Positions 46,062 to 56,741 of a stretch of DNA of 64,000 nucleotides are shown piece by piece. The notes under the pieces were generated by a model that searched no databases, was not told the origin of the DNA, and saw nothing but the letters and a program-made list of their open reading frames with translations. The first letter of the stretch is position 1; the number at the start of each line of letters is the position of its first letter. A program made the position numbers and the translations under genes. The stretch is from the NCBI GenBank assembly GCA_029263615.1, contig JAJUFT010000004.1, forward strand, positions 1,499 to 65,498. The letters run 5' to 3'. The stretch comes from Alcaligenaceae bacterium (GTDB taxonomy: Bacteria; Pseudomonadota; Gammaproteobacteria; Burkholderiales; Burkholderiaceae_B).

Positions 46062-48164
46062 TTGATACCAGAATCCTTCATACAGGATCTTCTCGCCCGT
46101 GTCGACGTCGTGGACGTCGTGGGGCGGTACGTGCAGTTACGCAAGGGCGGAGCCAACCTGCTTGGTCTCTGCCCCTTCCATAAAGAAAAGTCCCCCTCGT
46201 TCACGGTCAGCCCGACCAAGCAGTTCTATCACTGTTTTGGCTGCGGCGCGCACGGAACGGCCATCTCCTTTCTGATCGAGCACACCGGAGCCACGTTTCC
46301 GGAGGCGGTGCGTACCTTGGCGGCTTCGGTCGGCATGAACGTGCCGGAAGAACCGCGTTCGCCGCGACAGCGTCAACGCGAGCAGCAGCGCCGGCAGGAG
46401 GTGTCCCGACATGAACAGGTGCTGGAGACTGCACGGCGACATTACCAGGCCAGCCTCAAACGTTCGCCTCGCGCCATCGAGTATCTCAAGGGCCGTGGTC
46501 TGAGCGGCGAAGTCGCAGCGCGATTCGCCCTGGGCTGGTCTGGCGAGGACAGGCGAGCGCTCACGGCGGTCTTCCCCAATTATGAAGACCCGCTGCTGGT
46601 GGAGTGCGGCCTGGTGATCGAGGCTGATGACGGCCGTCGCTATGACCGCTTCCGCGAGCGCATCATGTTTCCCATCCGCAATGGGCGGGGGAAACTGATC
46701 GGGTTTGGCGGGCGCATCATCGGCAAGGGCGAACCAAAGTACCTGAACTCTCCCGAAACCCCTTTGTTCTCCAAGGGGCGCGAGCTCTATGGTCTGTGGG
46801 AATCCCGCGCTGGCATCCGCCGCGAGGGCTGCGTGCTCGTGGTCGAAGGCTATATGGACGTGGTCGGCCTGGCCCAGCACGGCCTGGAGAACGCCGTGGC
46901 CACCTTGGGCACGGCCACGACGCCGGAGCACGTTCAGAAGCTGCTGAGGGCCAGTAACAAGGTCATCTTCAGCTATGACGGCGATCAGGCCGGGGTGCGT
47001 GCGGCCTGGAGGGCACTCCAAGCCTGCCTGCCGCAGATGCGCGACGACGTTTCCGTGCGCTTTCTGTTTCTGCCTGCCGAGCACGATCCGGATTCCTACA
47101 TTCAGGCCTACGGAGACAAGGCCTTTCGTGCGGCCATGGAAGAGGCCGTCTCGCTGTCACGCTTCATGCTCGATGAGCTGGCGCGCCGCCACCGGCTGGA
47201 CGAAGCGGAGGGCCGTGCTGCCTGTGTTCACGAGGCATTGCCCTTGCTGGCCAGCATGCCGGAGAACGCCTATCGCCTGCAGGTTGAGCGCGAGTTCGCC
47301 CAGCTGGTGCTGCTCACGCCGGAGGAACTGGGCGGATTGCTTGAGAAGGCGCGAGCGCAGGCACGCGTCATGGAAGCCGGCCGTGCGCAAGGGCAGAGCA
47401 GGTATCCAGGGGGCGCTCAGCCCATGGCAGGTGTTCCGTCCATGGGAGGCGCCTTGCCCGTCGGAGGGGCTGCGGCCAGGGTGGAGGGCGCCTCCGCGCC
47501 AGTGCACTCGGGCTCACCCACGTCAACCCCCGGGCCGGACGAGGGGGGAGCAGACCTCTATGATCTGGACGGCCCGGACGGCGATTTCCATGGGGATGAC
47601 CCGGAGCCGCCATATTGGGCGGTCGAGCCTGCCGAAAGCAGCATGGCTGCCGGGGGGGCGGTCCGTTCGGGCACGCCGTCCTGGAAAACGAGAGGGCGAT
47701 CTGGTGCGGAAATCGGGGAGACGCGTTTCAGCGTCACCCCCATGGCCAAACAATTATTGCGTTTGCTCATTGCGCATCCGCAGCTGGTGAAACAACTGGG
47801 GGATCAGCAGCTTGAAATACTCGAACGTGGCCCCCATCTTAAGCTTGTGCGCGAATTGATCGCGCTGATTGCGGCCGTCGATGCCCGTCACGCTGGGGCA
47901 TTGTTGCAGGCCGCCGAACCTGGCTCTGATCTTGAGCAGGTGCTGTCCGGGCTCGGGCCACAAGTGCTGGCCGAGGAAGACCTGCCTGACCCGCAGGCTG
48001 AATGGAATGACGCCCTGAGACGCATCGAGCTGGACATGATCAAGGCGGAACAGACGGCGCTGGTGCAAAGAGGGTTGAAGGAAGCCTCCGAGCGACAACG
48101 CTATCAGGAATTGAACCGGCGCCGGATCCTGTTGGAAACTGGCGGTTCACGTAGAGTGTTGTAA
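46062..48164 (+). CDS. dnaG: DNA primase
   Basis: CPFH...HCFGC zinc finger, KYLNSPET and VEGYMDV. TTG start directly after the rpsU stop. Confidence 0.95.
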   Translation: MIPESFIQDLLARVDVVDVVGRYVQLRKGGANLLGLCPFHKEKSPSFTVSPTKQFYHCFGCGAHGTAISFLIEHTGATFPEAVRTLAASVGMNVPEEPRSPRQRQREQQRRQEVSRHEQVLETARRHYQASLKRSPRAIEYLKGRGLSGEVAARFALGWSGEDRRALTAVFPNYEDPLLVECGLVIEADDGRRYDRFRERIMFPIRNGRGKLIGFGGRIIGKGEPKYLNSPETPLFSKGRELYGLWESRAGIRREGCVLVVEGYMDVVGLAQHGLENAVATLGTATTPEHVQKLLRASNKVIFSYDGDQAGVRAAWRALQACLPQMRDDVSVRFLFLPAEHDPDSYIQAYGDKAFRAAMEEAVSLSRFMLDELARRHRLDEAEGRAACVHEALPLLASMPENAYRLQVEREFAQLVLLTPEELGGLLEKARAQARVMEAGRAQGQSRYPGGAQPMAGVPSMGGALPVGGAAARVEGASAPVHSGSPTSTPGPDEGGADLYDLDGPDGDFHGDDPEPPYWAVEPAESSMAAGGAVRSGTPSWKTRGRSGAEIGETRFSVTPMAKQLLRLLIAHPQLVKQLGDQQLEILERGPHLKLVRELIALIAAVDARHAGALLQAAEPGSDLEQVLSGLGPQVLAEEDLPDPQAEWNDALRRIELDMIKAEQTALVQRGLKEASERQRYQELNRRRILLETGGSRRVL

Positions 48165-48279
48165 AATAGAATGTTCCCCAGCGCATCCGCCTATGCTGAG
48201 CGCATCCTTCCTTCCTATCTGAAGCAGCGAGTAGTGGCCTTGTGCCATTCCAGTGATATTGCGTCTACGGAAAGCGACT

Positions 48280-50523
48280 ATGACAAAAGTTACCCGTGTT
48301 TCCCCCGAAGTGGCCGATGAGACCACCCAGAAAGCCAAGACCATGGCAGCGACCCGCGATGCTGATTCGCTCTCGGTGAAGGTGGGGGAAGACGTTGATG
48401 CGGCAGGCGGCTCCGCCAAACCTGCTGCGAAGAAGGCTGCTGCCAAGAAAACCGCCGCAAAGAAAACGGCTGCCAAGAAGACGGCGGCCAAGAAAACGGC
48501 TGCGAAGAAGGCAACCACCGTGCGCGCGACCAAGTCCACCGGGCGTCGGCCCGGCCGTCCGGCGAAAAATGCCAGCCAGGCGACCGACGACTTCGTTGAC
48601 GACATCGTCGACGGCGAGGTCATTCCCGAGCTCAAGCCACTGCCCAAGCGCGGTGCCAAGCGTGGCAAAGGCGAGAAAGACGTTCCCGCACGCGCGCTGA
48701 CGCCAGAGGAACAGGAAGCCCGCCGCAACCGCCTGAAGGTGCTCATCAAGCTCGGCAAGGACCGCGGCTACCTCACCTATGGGGAAATCAACGATCATCT
48801 TCCCGATGATCTGGTCGACGCCGAAGCCATTGATGGCATCATCAGCACGTTCAGTGACATGGGAATCTCGGTCTACGACCAGGCGCCCGATGCCGACACC
48901 CTGCTGATGAGCGACGCCACACCGGTGTCCGCCAGTGATGACGACGTCGAAGACGAAGCGGAAGCGGCGCTGACCACCGTGGATTCCGATTTCGGTCGCA
49001 CCACCGACCCGGTGCGCATGTACATGCGCGAGATGGGCACGGTGGAACTGCTCACCCGCGAGGGCGAGATCGAAATTGCCAAGCGCATTGAAGACGGTCT
49101 CAAACACATGGTGATGGCCATCGCCGCGTGCCCGACCACCGTGCGCGAAATTCTCGAGCACGCCAACCGCGTGCGCGAAGATACGCTCAAGATCGACGAA
49201 TTCGTCGATGGCCTGGTCGACGAGGAAGGCGAAGACTACGCCGGTGCGGGTGTCACCAACGAAGACGATGACGACGGCCCGGCCGGCGGCATGAGCAGCA
49301 AGCAGATCGAGTATCTGCGCAAGAAGGCACTCAAGAAATTCGATCTCGTCCAGGAATGGTACGACAAGATGTGCGAGGCGTTCGAGAAGGAGGGCTACTC
49401 ATCTCCCGCCTATCAGGAAGCCCAGGAAGCCATTCTGAACGAGCTGATGGGGGTGCGCTTCACGGCCAAAATGGTCGAGCGCCTGGCCGACGCCATGCGC
49501 GTGCAGGTCAACGAGGTGCGCCAGCTCGAGCGCGCCATTATGAACACCTGTGTGACACGTGCCGGCATGCCGCGTGCGCATTTCATCAAGAGTTTCCCGG
49601 GCAACGAAACCAATCTCGATTGGGTGCTGAACGAAGTGGCTGCCGGGCATTCATATTCCGAGACGCTGGAGCGTTACGTTCCCGATGTTCAAGAAATTCA
49701 GAAAAAACTGATTGAAATCCAGCGCGCAGTCGTGCTGCCGCTCAAGGACCTCAAGGAAGTCAACAAGCGCATGCTGACGGGCGAGGCCAAAGCACGCAAG
49801 GCCAAGCGCGAAATGACCGAAGCCAACCTGCGTCTGGTAATTTCGATTGCGAAGAAGTACACCAACCGCGGCTTGCAGTTCCTGGATCTCATCCAGGAAG
49901 GCAACATCGGTCTGATGAAGGCGGTCGACAAATTCGAGTACCGTCGTGGCTACAAATTCTCCACGTATGCCACGTGGTGGATTCGTCAGGCCATTACACG
50001 TTCCATCGCCGACCAGGCGCGGACTATCCGCATCCCGGTCCACATGATCGAGACCATCAACAAGATGAATCGGATCAACCGCCAGATTCTGCAGGAAACG
50101 GGTTCCGAGCCCGATCCCGCCACGCTGGCGCAGAAGATGGACATGCCCGAGGAGAAAGTGCGCAAGATCCTCAAGATCGCCAAGGAGCCGATCTCCATGG
50201 AAACGCCCATCGGAGACGACGACGATTCCCACCTGGGCGATTTCATCGAGGACCTTTCCACGCTGTCGCCCGCCGAATCGGCCCTGCATGGTTCGATGCG
50301 CGACGTGGTGAAGGAAGTGCTCGATTCCCTCACACCTCGCGAGGCCAAGGTGCTGCGCATGCGTTTCGGCATCGAAATGAGCACCGATCAGACGCTCGAG
50401 GAAGTCGGCAAGCAGTTCGACGTCACGCGGGAGCGCATTCGCCAGATCGAGGCGAAGGCGCTGCGCAAGCTGCGTCACCCGAGCCGCGCAGACAAGCTCA
50501 AGAGCTTCCTCGAAGGTCAGTAG
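48280..50523 (+). CDS. rpoD: RNA polymerase sigma factor RpoD
   Basis: [35 protein letters not shown] and region-4 HTH. Confidence 0.97.
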   Translation: MTKVTRVSPEVADETTQKAKTMAATRDADSLSVKVGEDVDAAGGSAKPAAKKAAAKKTAAKKTAAKKTAAKKTAAKKATTVRATKSTGRRPGRPAKNASQATDDFVDDIVDGEVIPELKPLPKRGAKRGKGEKDVPARALTPEEQEARRNRLKVLIKLGKDRGYLTYGEINDHLPDDLVDAEAIDGIISTFSDMGISVYDQAPDADTLLMSDATPVSASDDDVEDEAEAALTTVDSDFGRTTDPVRMYMREMGTVELLTREGEIEIAKRIEDGLKHMVMAIAACPTTVREILEHANRVREDTLKIDEFVDGLVDEEGEDYAGAGVTNEDDDDGPAGGMSSKQIEYLRKKALKKFDLVQEWYDKMCEAFEKEGYSSPAYQEAQEAILNELMGVRFTAKMVERLADAMRVQVNEVRQLERAIMNTCVTRAGMPRAHFIKSFPGNETNLDWVLNEVAAGHSYSETLERYVPDVQEIQKKLIEIQRAVVLPLKDLKEVNKRMLTGEAKARKAKREMTEANLRLVISIAKKYTNRGLQFLDLIQEGNIGLMKAVDKFEYRRGYKFSTYATWWIRQAITRSIADQARTIRIPVHMIETINKMNRINRQILQETGSEPDPATLAQKMDMPEEKVRKILKIAKEPISMETPIGDDDDSHLGDFIEDLSTLSPAESALHGSMRDVVKEVLDSLTPREAKVLRMRFGIEMSTDQTLEEVGKQFDVTRERIRQIEAKALRKLRHPSRADKLKSFLEGQ
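48421..48510 (+). repeat. 6 x 15-bp coding tandem repeat (xAAKK) in the rpoD N-terminus
   Basis: Encodes [15 protein letters not shown] x4, with variation at synonymous positions. Confidence 0.9.
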
Positions 50524-50571
50524 GATCGCATTCCGGCCAAAGGCGGCAGCGCCTTTGGCGCCAAGGAACGG

Positions 50572-50610
50572 AAACGGCCCGGGTGGTGGCACCCGGGCCG
50601 TTTTTTTTTT
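50572..50610 (+). terminator. Rho-independent terminator after rpoD
   Basis: AAACGGCCCGGGTG/GTGG/CACCCGGGCCGTTT with a T10 tract. Confidence 0.9.
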
Positions 50611-50689
50611 GCTCAGTTCAGCAGAGGGAAGCTTGCTGCCGCCATGGCCGTGGGCGGCCGTGTCAGAGGGCGAATGAACCCGGCGTGGT

Positions 50690-51031
50690 TCAGACCTTCT
50701 TCACGAATTCCGACTTCAGACTCATCGGGCCGAAACCGTCGATCTTGCAGTCGATGTCGTGGTCGCCATCGACCAGACGGATGTTCTTCACCTTCGTGCC
50801 CATCTTCACCACGCCGCTGGAGCCCTTGAGCTTCAGGTCCTTGATGACCGTGACGGTGTCACCGTCCTGAAGGATGTTTCCCGCCGCATCGCGATACACC
50901 TTCTCGGCAGACGCTTCCGGGGCGGCGTCACCCGCCGTCCACTCATGCGCGCACTGCGGGCAGACGTAGAAATTGCGGTCTTCGTAGGTGTAATCAGCCT
51001 GACATTCAGGGCAGGGGGGCAGTGTGCTCAT
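50690..51031 (-). CDS. yjdM: Zinc-ribbon protein, YjdM/PhnA family
   Basis: LPPCPEC...[20 protein letters not shown] and LKSEFVKK motifs. Confidence 0.9.
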   Translation of the reverse strand: MSTLPPCPECQADYTYEDRNFYVCPQCAHEWTAGDAAPEASAEKVYRDAAGNILQDGDTVTVIKDLKLKGSSGVVKMGTKVKNIRLVDGDHDIDCKIDGFGPMSLKSEFVKKV

Positions 51032-51141
51032 GACAAGACTTCGAGAAAGAGGCCAATGAATGCGGCCCGGTGATGAATGGATTGGCGGCATTGTCGCATT
51101 TTCCGCGAAGTTGCGCGAATTTGTGCGACGGTGACCGGCCC

Positions 51142-52908
51142 TCAGAACGGCCAGAACAGGGGGATGAAGATCATGCCCAGCACCCAGAAAATGAGGTTAA
51201 GCGGCAGGCCCACTTTCACGAAGTCGATGAAGCGGTAGCCGCCCGCGCCATACACCATGGTATTGGTCTGGTAGCCCACTGGCGTGGAAAAACTGGTGGA
51301 CGCGGCAAACGTGACGGCAATCAGAAATGGCGTGGCGTCGACGTTCAGCATATTGGCCGTCGACACCCCGATGGGCGTGAGCAGGACGGCCGCCGCTGCA
51401 TTGCTCATGAATTCCGTGAGCAGCAGCGCCATCAGATAGAGGACGGCCATCACCACCCAGGGGCCGTGGGCGCTCACCAGACCGACGGTGTTCTGCACCA
51501 GGAACTCGGCGGCTCCCGTTTCACTCATGGCCACCCCCAGAGGAATCAGGCCGGCCAGCAGAATGATGATGCGCCAGTCGATGGCGTCGTATACATCTTC
51601 GGCATCCAGGCAGCCTGCCAAGGTCATGGCCACAGCCCCTGCGAGAGCCGTGATGGCAATTGGCGCCCAACCCAGCGCCGAAACGCCGATCACGAGCGTC
51701 ATGGTGACCAGCGCAAACGGGGCTCGCCAGCCTGCCGGCCGATCGGGCTGACGCTCGGAGAGCACGATGATGTTGCGGTCGCGGCGCAGGGCCGGCATCT
51801 CGCTTTCCGGAATCAGGAGCAGCAAAATGTCGCCGACGCGAAGTCGCACATGGCGCAGTTCTTCACGCAGAATCTGCCCGCGTCGTTGAATGGCGAGTGA
51901 GGTCGTGTTGTGGTGCCAGCCCGGGTCCACCATGCCCAGCGTGCTGCCGATCAGGCGTGAGCGTGGCGCGATCAGCACCTCGGCCAGGACTTGTTCCACT
52001 TCCTCGAAGGAGTGCTGCTTCAGCTTGAACTCTGCATTGATCTCCAGGCCGGTCTCTTTGCACAGTTCTTCCAGCTTCGACCATTCGCCACGCGCCAGCA
52101 GCACATCACCTTCTCTGAGGACCTGCGACCGTGGAGACCAGACCTTCTCTTCCCCACGCAGCAGTTCCAGCACGTAGACGCCATACTGTTCCCCCAGCTT
52201 GGCTTCGCTGAGGGGGGTATCCAGCAGCGTCGAATCGGCCGTGACGCGCAACTCGGTGATGTACTTGCCCAGCTCGTAATGTTCAACAAGTTCGGTGGCG
52301 CGCGCGTCGGGCAACAGCCAACGCCCCAGGGTGAGCAGATAGAGACAGCCGGCGGCAAAGCAAATGACCCCCAGCGAGGTGAACTCGAACATGGTGAAAC
52401 CGCGATGACCGAGGTCGCGCGCCATGCCGTTGACCAGCAGATTGGTGGAGGTGCCCACCAGAGTGCACACGCCTGCCATCTGCGAGACATAGGAAAGGGG
52501 AATGAGCGCCTTGGACGCCGACATGCCGATGCTGGCCGTGGCCGCCATGACGATCGGCATGAACACGGCCACCACAGCGGTGTTGTTCACGAATGGTGCG
52601 ATCACCGCCAGTACCAGGAACAGCATGAGCAGGAATTGCACCGGCGATCTGGCCCTGGCCAGAAGACTGCCGATGCCTGACAGCGCGCCGCTGTTCTGCA
52701 GGCCCGCCGCCAGCACGAACATGGAAGCCACCGTGATGGTGGCCGAGTTGCTGAACCCGCTTAACGCCTGCCCGGTATCGATCAAGCCCGTGAGCGCCAA
52801 TGCGGTCAGCACCATCAATGCGACGGTGTCCATGGGCAGTTTTTCGGTGGCGAACAGCGCCACTGCGACCAGCGCAATGGACAACACCATGGCGATTTCG
52901 AAGGTCAT
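51142..52908 (-). CDS. SLC13/DASS-family permease with two TrkA-C domains
   Basis: FVNNT, GTSTNL and TPVGYQTN motifs with central soluble RCK-C domains. Confidence 0.88.
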   Translation of the reverse strand: MTFEIAMVLSIALVAVALFATEKLPMDTVALMVLTALALTGLIDTGQALSGFSNSATITVASMFVLAAGLQNSGALSGIGSLLARARSPVQFLLMLFLVLAVIAPFVNNTAVVAVFMPIVMAATASIGMSASKALIPLSYVSQMAGVCTLVGTSTNLLVNGMARDLGHRGFTMFEFTSLGVICFAAGCLYLLTLGRWLLPDARATELVEHYELGKYITELRVTADSTLLDTPLSEAKLGEQYGVYVLELLRGEEKVWSPRSQVLREGDVLLARGEWSKLEELCKETGLEINAEFKLKQHSFEEVEQVLAEVLIAPRSRLIGSTLGMVDPGWHHNTTSLAIQRRGQILREELRHVRLRVGDILLLLIPESEMPALRRDRNIIVLSERQPDRPAGWRAPFALVTMTLVIGVSALGWAPIAITALAGAVAMTLAGCLDAEDVYDAIDWRIIILLAGLIPLGVAMSETGAAEFLVQNTVGLVSAHGPWVVMAVLYLMALLLTEFMSNAAAAVLLTPIGVSTANMLNVDATPFLIAVTFAASTSFSTPVGYQTNTMVYGAGGYRFIDFVKVGLPLNLIFWVLGMIFIPLFWPF

Positions 52909-53068
52909 TCCTCGTCGGCTCCTGCGCTGATTGTGGCCGGGTGGGGCGGGTATCTGCGTTCGCGCCGACCCCACCTGATCCGCCGAATTGCTCTTACCCG
53001 GTGGGCACCGCCTTCACTATACTGTGTGCAGCGAAGGCAAATCCGGGGCCAGACCAGGGAGCATCAGG

Positions 53069-53626
53069 ATGGACAGCGACAAGAGCGAACGTTTTGAGGG
53101 CAAGGCCTGCTCCGGCGAGGCAGTCTGGCGCACCATCGTACGGACGCTGGCGTTGAAGCCGCACCCGGAAGGCGGCTATTACCGGGAAGTGTTTCGCTCG
53201 CCCACCTACGTGACGACAGGAGGGCACGTTCGCAGCTCGGGCACCTCGATTTACTACCTGCTGGCCGAAGGCGCCTTTTCCGCGTGGCATCGCATAGACG
53301 CGGATGAGGTTTGGTACTTCCACTCGGGTGAAGGCCTTCACCTGCATGTTCTGCACGCGGACGGCAGACTGATCACCCACCATCTGGCCGACCCTTCACA
53401 CCACTCCGGCGCGGTATTTCAGGCCACCGTCCCGGCTGGGAGCTGGTTTGCTGCGGAGCTGGCACAGGTCGACGGTCATGCCCTGGTCAGCTGCGCGGTG
53501 ATGCCGGGTTTCGAGTTCTCCGGCTTTGAGCTGGCAACCGAGGCGGACATGTCCGACGCCATACAACGGCACGGCGAATGGTTGCGAAAATTGCTTTCTG
53601 CCACTGGACAGCAGCCTCAGTCCTGA
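53069..53626 (+). CDS. Cupin_5 (DUF985) family protein
   Basis: LKPHPEGGYYRE, WHRIDADEVW and VSCAVMPGFEF motifs. Confidence 0.85.
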   Translation: MDSDKSERFEGKACSGEAVWRTIVRTLALKPHPEGGYYREVFRSPTYVTTGGHVRSSGTSIYYLLAEGAFSAWHRIDADEVWYFHSGEGLHLHVLHADGRLITHHLADPSHHSGAVFQATVPAGSWFAAELAQVDGHALVSCAVMPGFEFSGFELATEADMSDAIQRHGEWLRKLLSATGQQPQS

Positions 53627-53728
53627 CCTCCACGGGTGAAGACCCGAGGTGAGTGCGAAAAGCACGGCACCCGACTTGCTGCCCTCCTCGCTGGAAACCG
53701 TCTATCGGCACCACGAGGAGGAGAAAAC

Positions 53729-56311
53729 ATGGACGCAGAACGCCGTCGTATCGGCCTGGGGGTGGCAGTCATTTTGAATGCCTTGTTCGGACTGCTATTG
53801 CTGATTGGCGGGGTCTGGCTGATGGCATTGGGCGGGTCCTGGTTTTATATGGCGGCGGGCCTGCTCCTGCTTGGAACCGCTTTTCTGTTGATGAAACGCC
53901 GTGTTTCGGCTTTGTGGCTCTATGCCTTCCTGTTGTTGGCCGTGCTGTTGTGGTCGCTCTGGGAGGCCGGGATGGACTGGTGGCCCATCGCGGCGCGGGG
54001 TGATGTCTTTGTGCTGCTCGGGCTTTTCATGCTGACCCCGTGGGTGACGCGTGCGCTGCGTGGGCCCATTCTGACACCTGCCGACCTGGAAGCGGGCGCG
54101 GGGCGCGGTCTGTGGACGCTGCCCTTGTGGGCCGCCCTCATCGTCTTCCTGGTCGTCTCGGCGGTGACCTGGTTCATCGACCCGCGTGGTCACGAAGGCA
54201 CGCTCCCCGTGCGGCAAGCGCAGGCAGGCGCCGCGACGCCGGACCTGCCCGAGGGCGAATGGCATGCCTACGGCCGGACGAACTGGGGGCAGCGTCATTC
54301 GCCGCTGACCCAGATCACGCCGGACAATGTCACCCAGCTGGAACTGGCCTGGCATTACAAGACGGGGGATGTGCGAGGTCAACCCGGCGACCCGGAAGAG
54401 ACCACGTTTCAGGTGACACCGCTCAAGATTGGCGACAGGCTCTATTTGTGCACCCCCCATCAATCGGTGATCGCCCTGGATGCTACGTCGGGCGAAGAAG
54501 TCTGGCGCCATGACCCTCAGATTCGAGGGGAGCTCGCGCTGCAACACCTGACCTGCCGCGGGCTGTCCTACCACCCTGGAGGCGCGTCCACGATCGCGCC
54601 TGCGCCCGTGGTCTCGGCGGATTCCGCTACGGCCTCGGCCGACTCGGTTTCAGATGCGGCGGATTCGGCTTCGATCTCCACGGACGCCACCTCGGGATCG
54701 GCCGATTCAGCGTCGCTTCGGGCCCAGGAGGAAGCGTTGAAGCGCCTGCAGTTGCCGGTGGCCGCACAAGATGGAAAGGTGTCGGAAACCTGCGACGCCA
54801 AGCTATTCATGCCCACCGCCGACGGGCGCATCATCGCGCTGAACCCGGAAGACGGTTCAGTATGCGGCAATTTCGGTAACGGAACGGGCCAGATCAATCT
54901 GTGGGCCAACATGCCTAATGCCCGGGCGGGGGGCTACTATTCGACGTCCCCGGTGGTGGTGACGGAAAAGCTGATCATCGTCGGCGGCACGGTTCTGGAC
55001 AATGTATCCACCCAGGAGCCCGCGGGGGTGATCCGCGCGTTCGACGTGCACACGGGTGAACTGGTCTGGAACTGGGATCCTGCTAAACCGAACGATACCG
55101 CGCCGATCGCCCCCGACGCGGTCTACACTCCCAGCACGCCCAACAGTTGGTCCATTTCGAGTGCAGATGAAGCGCTCGGAATGGTTTACGTCCCCATGGG
55201 CAATGAGCCGCCCGATCAGTTCGGGGGGAACCGCGGTGAGGCGGCGGACACCTACGCATCGGCCGTGGTCGCGCTCGACCTTGAAACGGGACGGGTGCGC
55301 TGGGTCTTCCAGACCGTTCATCATGACCTGTGGGATTACGACGTACCGTCGCAGCCGAGCCTGATCAATCTCAACATCCGGGGCGAAACGGTTCCGGCTC
55401 TGGTGCAGCCGACCAAGCAGGGGGAGCTGTTCGTGCTCGACCGTCGCACCGGCGAGCCGATCCTGCCCGTGACGGAGCGACCTTACCCGCAGGGGGCCGT
55501 GGAGGGTGACCGGACTGCGCCCACGCAACCCGTGTCGGCGCTGTCGTTCGACCCTGAACCGCTCAGCGGCGCAGCGATGTGGGGCGCGACCATTTTCGAC
55601 CAGCTGTTCTGCCGCATATCCTTTCACCGCCTGCGTTACGAGGGGCGCTATACCCCACCCTCGCTGCAGGGCACTCTGGTCTATCCGGGCAACTTCGGGG
55701 TGTTCAACTGGGGAAGTGTGGCGGTCGATCCGCAGCGCCAGATCGTCTTCGCCACGCCCACTTACCTGGCTTTCATTTCCAAGATGATTCCGCGCGAAGA
55801 TGACACCACGCTGTACGTGCAGGGAGACAACCGGCCGGAGGACAGCTTGCCGGCCCTGAATGAGAATTTTGGTGCACCCTATGCGGTCGAGCTGAGCGCC
55901 TTCACCTCGCCCTTGGGGCTACCTTGCCAGCAGCCGCCCTGGGGTTATATTGCGGGTGCTGATCTGACCACCGGCGACGTCGCATGGATGCACCGCAACG
56001 GCACCGTGCGTGACAGTTCTCCGTTTCCCTTGCCCTTCAAGATGGGCGTACCCAATCTTGGTGGCCCGATCGTCACGGCAGGGGGCGTGGCCTTTCTGTC
56101 GGGCACGCTGGATTATTACCTGCGCGCCTATGACGTCACTTCCGGAAAGGAACTGTGGAAGGCCCGTCTGCCGGCGGGCGGTCAGGCCACCCCGATGACT
56201 TACACCGGGAAGGATGGTCGCCAGTATGTGGTGGTGGCAGCGGGTGGGCACGGGTCCCTGGGCACCAAGGCGGGCGATGATGTCATGGCCTTTGCGCTAC
56301 CACTTCAATGA
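53729..56311 (+). CDS. Membrane-bound PQQ-dependent dehydrogenase (glucose/quinate/shikimate family)
   Basis: Five N-terminal TM segments, W.AYGRT, TCRG, HHDLWDYD and LPAGGQATPMTY motifs; GAGGAG RBS. Confidence 0.92.
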   Translation: MDAERRRIGLGVAVILNALFGLLLLIGGVWLMALGGSWFYMAAGLLLLGTAFLLMKRRVSALWLYAFLLLAVLLWSLWEAGMDWWPIAARGDVFVLLGLFMLTPWVTRALRGPILTPADLEAGAGRGLWTLPLWAALIVFLVVSAVTWFIDPRGHEGTLPVRQAQAGAATPDLPEGEWHAYGRTNWGQRHSPLTQITPDNVTQLELAWHYKTGDVRGQPGDPEETTFQVTPLKIGDRLYLCTPHQSVIALDATSGEEVWRHDPQIRGELALQHLTCRGLSYHPGGASTIAPAPVVSADSATASADSVSDAADSASISTDATSGSADSASLRAQEEALKRLQLPVAAQDGKVSETCDAKLFMPTADGRIIALNPEDGSVCGNFGNGTGQINLWANMPNARAGGYYSTSPVVVTEKLIIVGGTVLDNVSTQEPAGVIRAFDVHTGELVWNWDPAKPNDTAPIAPDAVYTPSTPNSWSISSADEALGMVYVPMGNEPPDQFGGNRGEAADTYASAVVALDLETGRVRWVFQTVHHDLWDYDVPSQPSLINLNIRGETVPALVQPTKQGELFVLDRRTGEPILPVTERPYPQGAVEGDRTAPTQPVSALSFDPEPLSGAAMWGATIFDQLFCRISFHRLRYEGRYTPPSLQGTLVYPGNFGVFNWGSVAVDPQRQIVFATPTYLAFISKMIPREDDTTLYVQGDNRPEDSLPALNENFGAPYAVELSAFTSPLGLPCQQPPWGYIAGADLTTGDVAWMHRNGTVRDSSPFPLPFKMGVPNLGGPIVTAGGVAFLSGTLDYYLRAYDVTSGKELWKARLPAGGQATPMTYTGKDGRQYVVVAAGGHGSLGTKAGDDVMAFALPLQ
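54614..54718 (+). repeat. 5 x 21-bp imperfect coding repeat inside the PQQ dehydrogenase
   Basis: Encodes SADSATA-SADSVSD-AADSASI-STDATSG-SADSASL. Confidence 0.75.
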
Positions 56312-56396
56312 ACCGTCGCTGTGGTACTGGGCGTGGCGGCCTTTTGCGGTATGGAGTTTGCTAGAAAGCGTTGTCTCAACCGAAACAGGAATGTTC

Positions 56397-56630
56397 ATGA
56401 AAACGACATCGATTGCCCGCTCCACGCTGACCGCTCTGGCCCTGGTATCCTTGACTGCCATCGCGGCCTGCTCATCGCCTTCTCAGATCCATACTCGTGA
56501 TGGGCGCGCTATTCCCACTGCGGACAAACCAGAAGTCGACAAAGACTCCGGTTTCGTCAAGTACGAGCGCGACGGCCGGGAAGTGCAGATCAATCAATCG
56601 GATGTGCAGGCCATCGAGGAAATCAAATAA
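56397..56630 (+). CDS. YgdI/YgdR family lipoprotein
   Basis: Lipobox IAAC followed by SSP..IHTRDGR...KPEVDKDSG. Confidence 0.85.
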   Translation: MKTTSIARSTLTALALVSLTAIAACSSPSQIHTRDGRAIPTADKPEVDKDSGFVKYERDGREVQINQSDVQAIEEIK

Positions 56631-56741
56631 TCGGGCGCATGCCCGGCGTGTCGGGCCCCAGGATCACGCCCCTGGGTCTGAAAACGCCCACCCCAGGCGG
56701 GGTAAGCCGCGTCGGGCATCCTGCCCCACAGCCTGCGCAAA

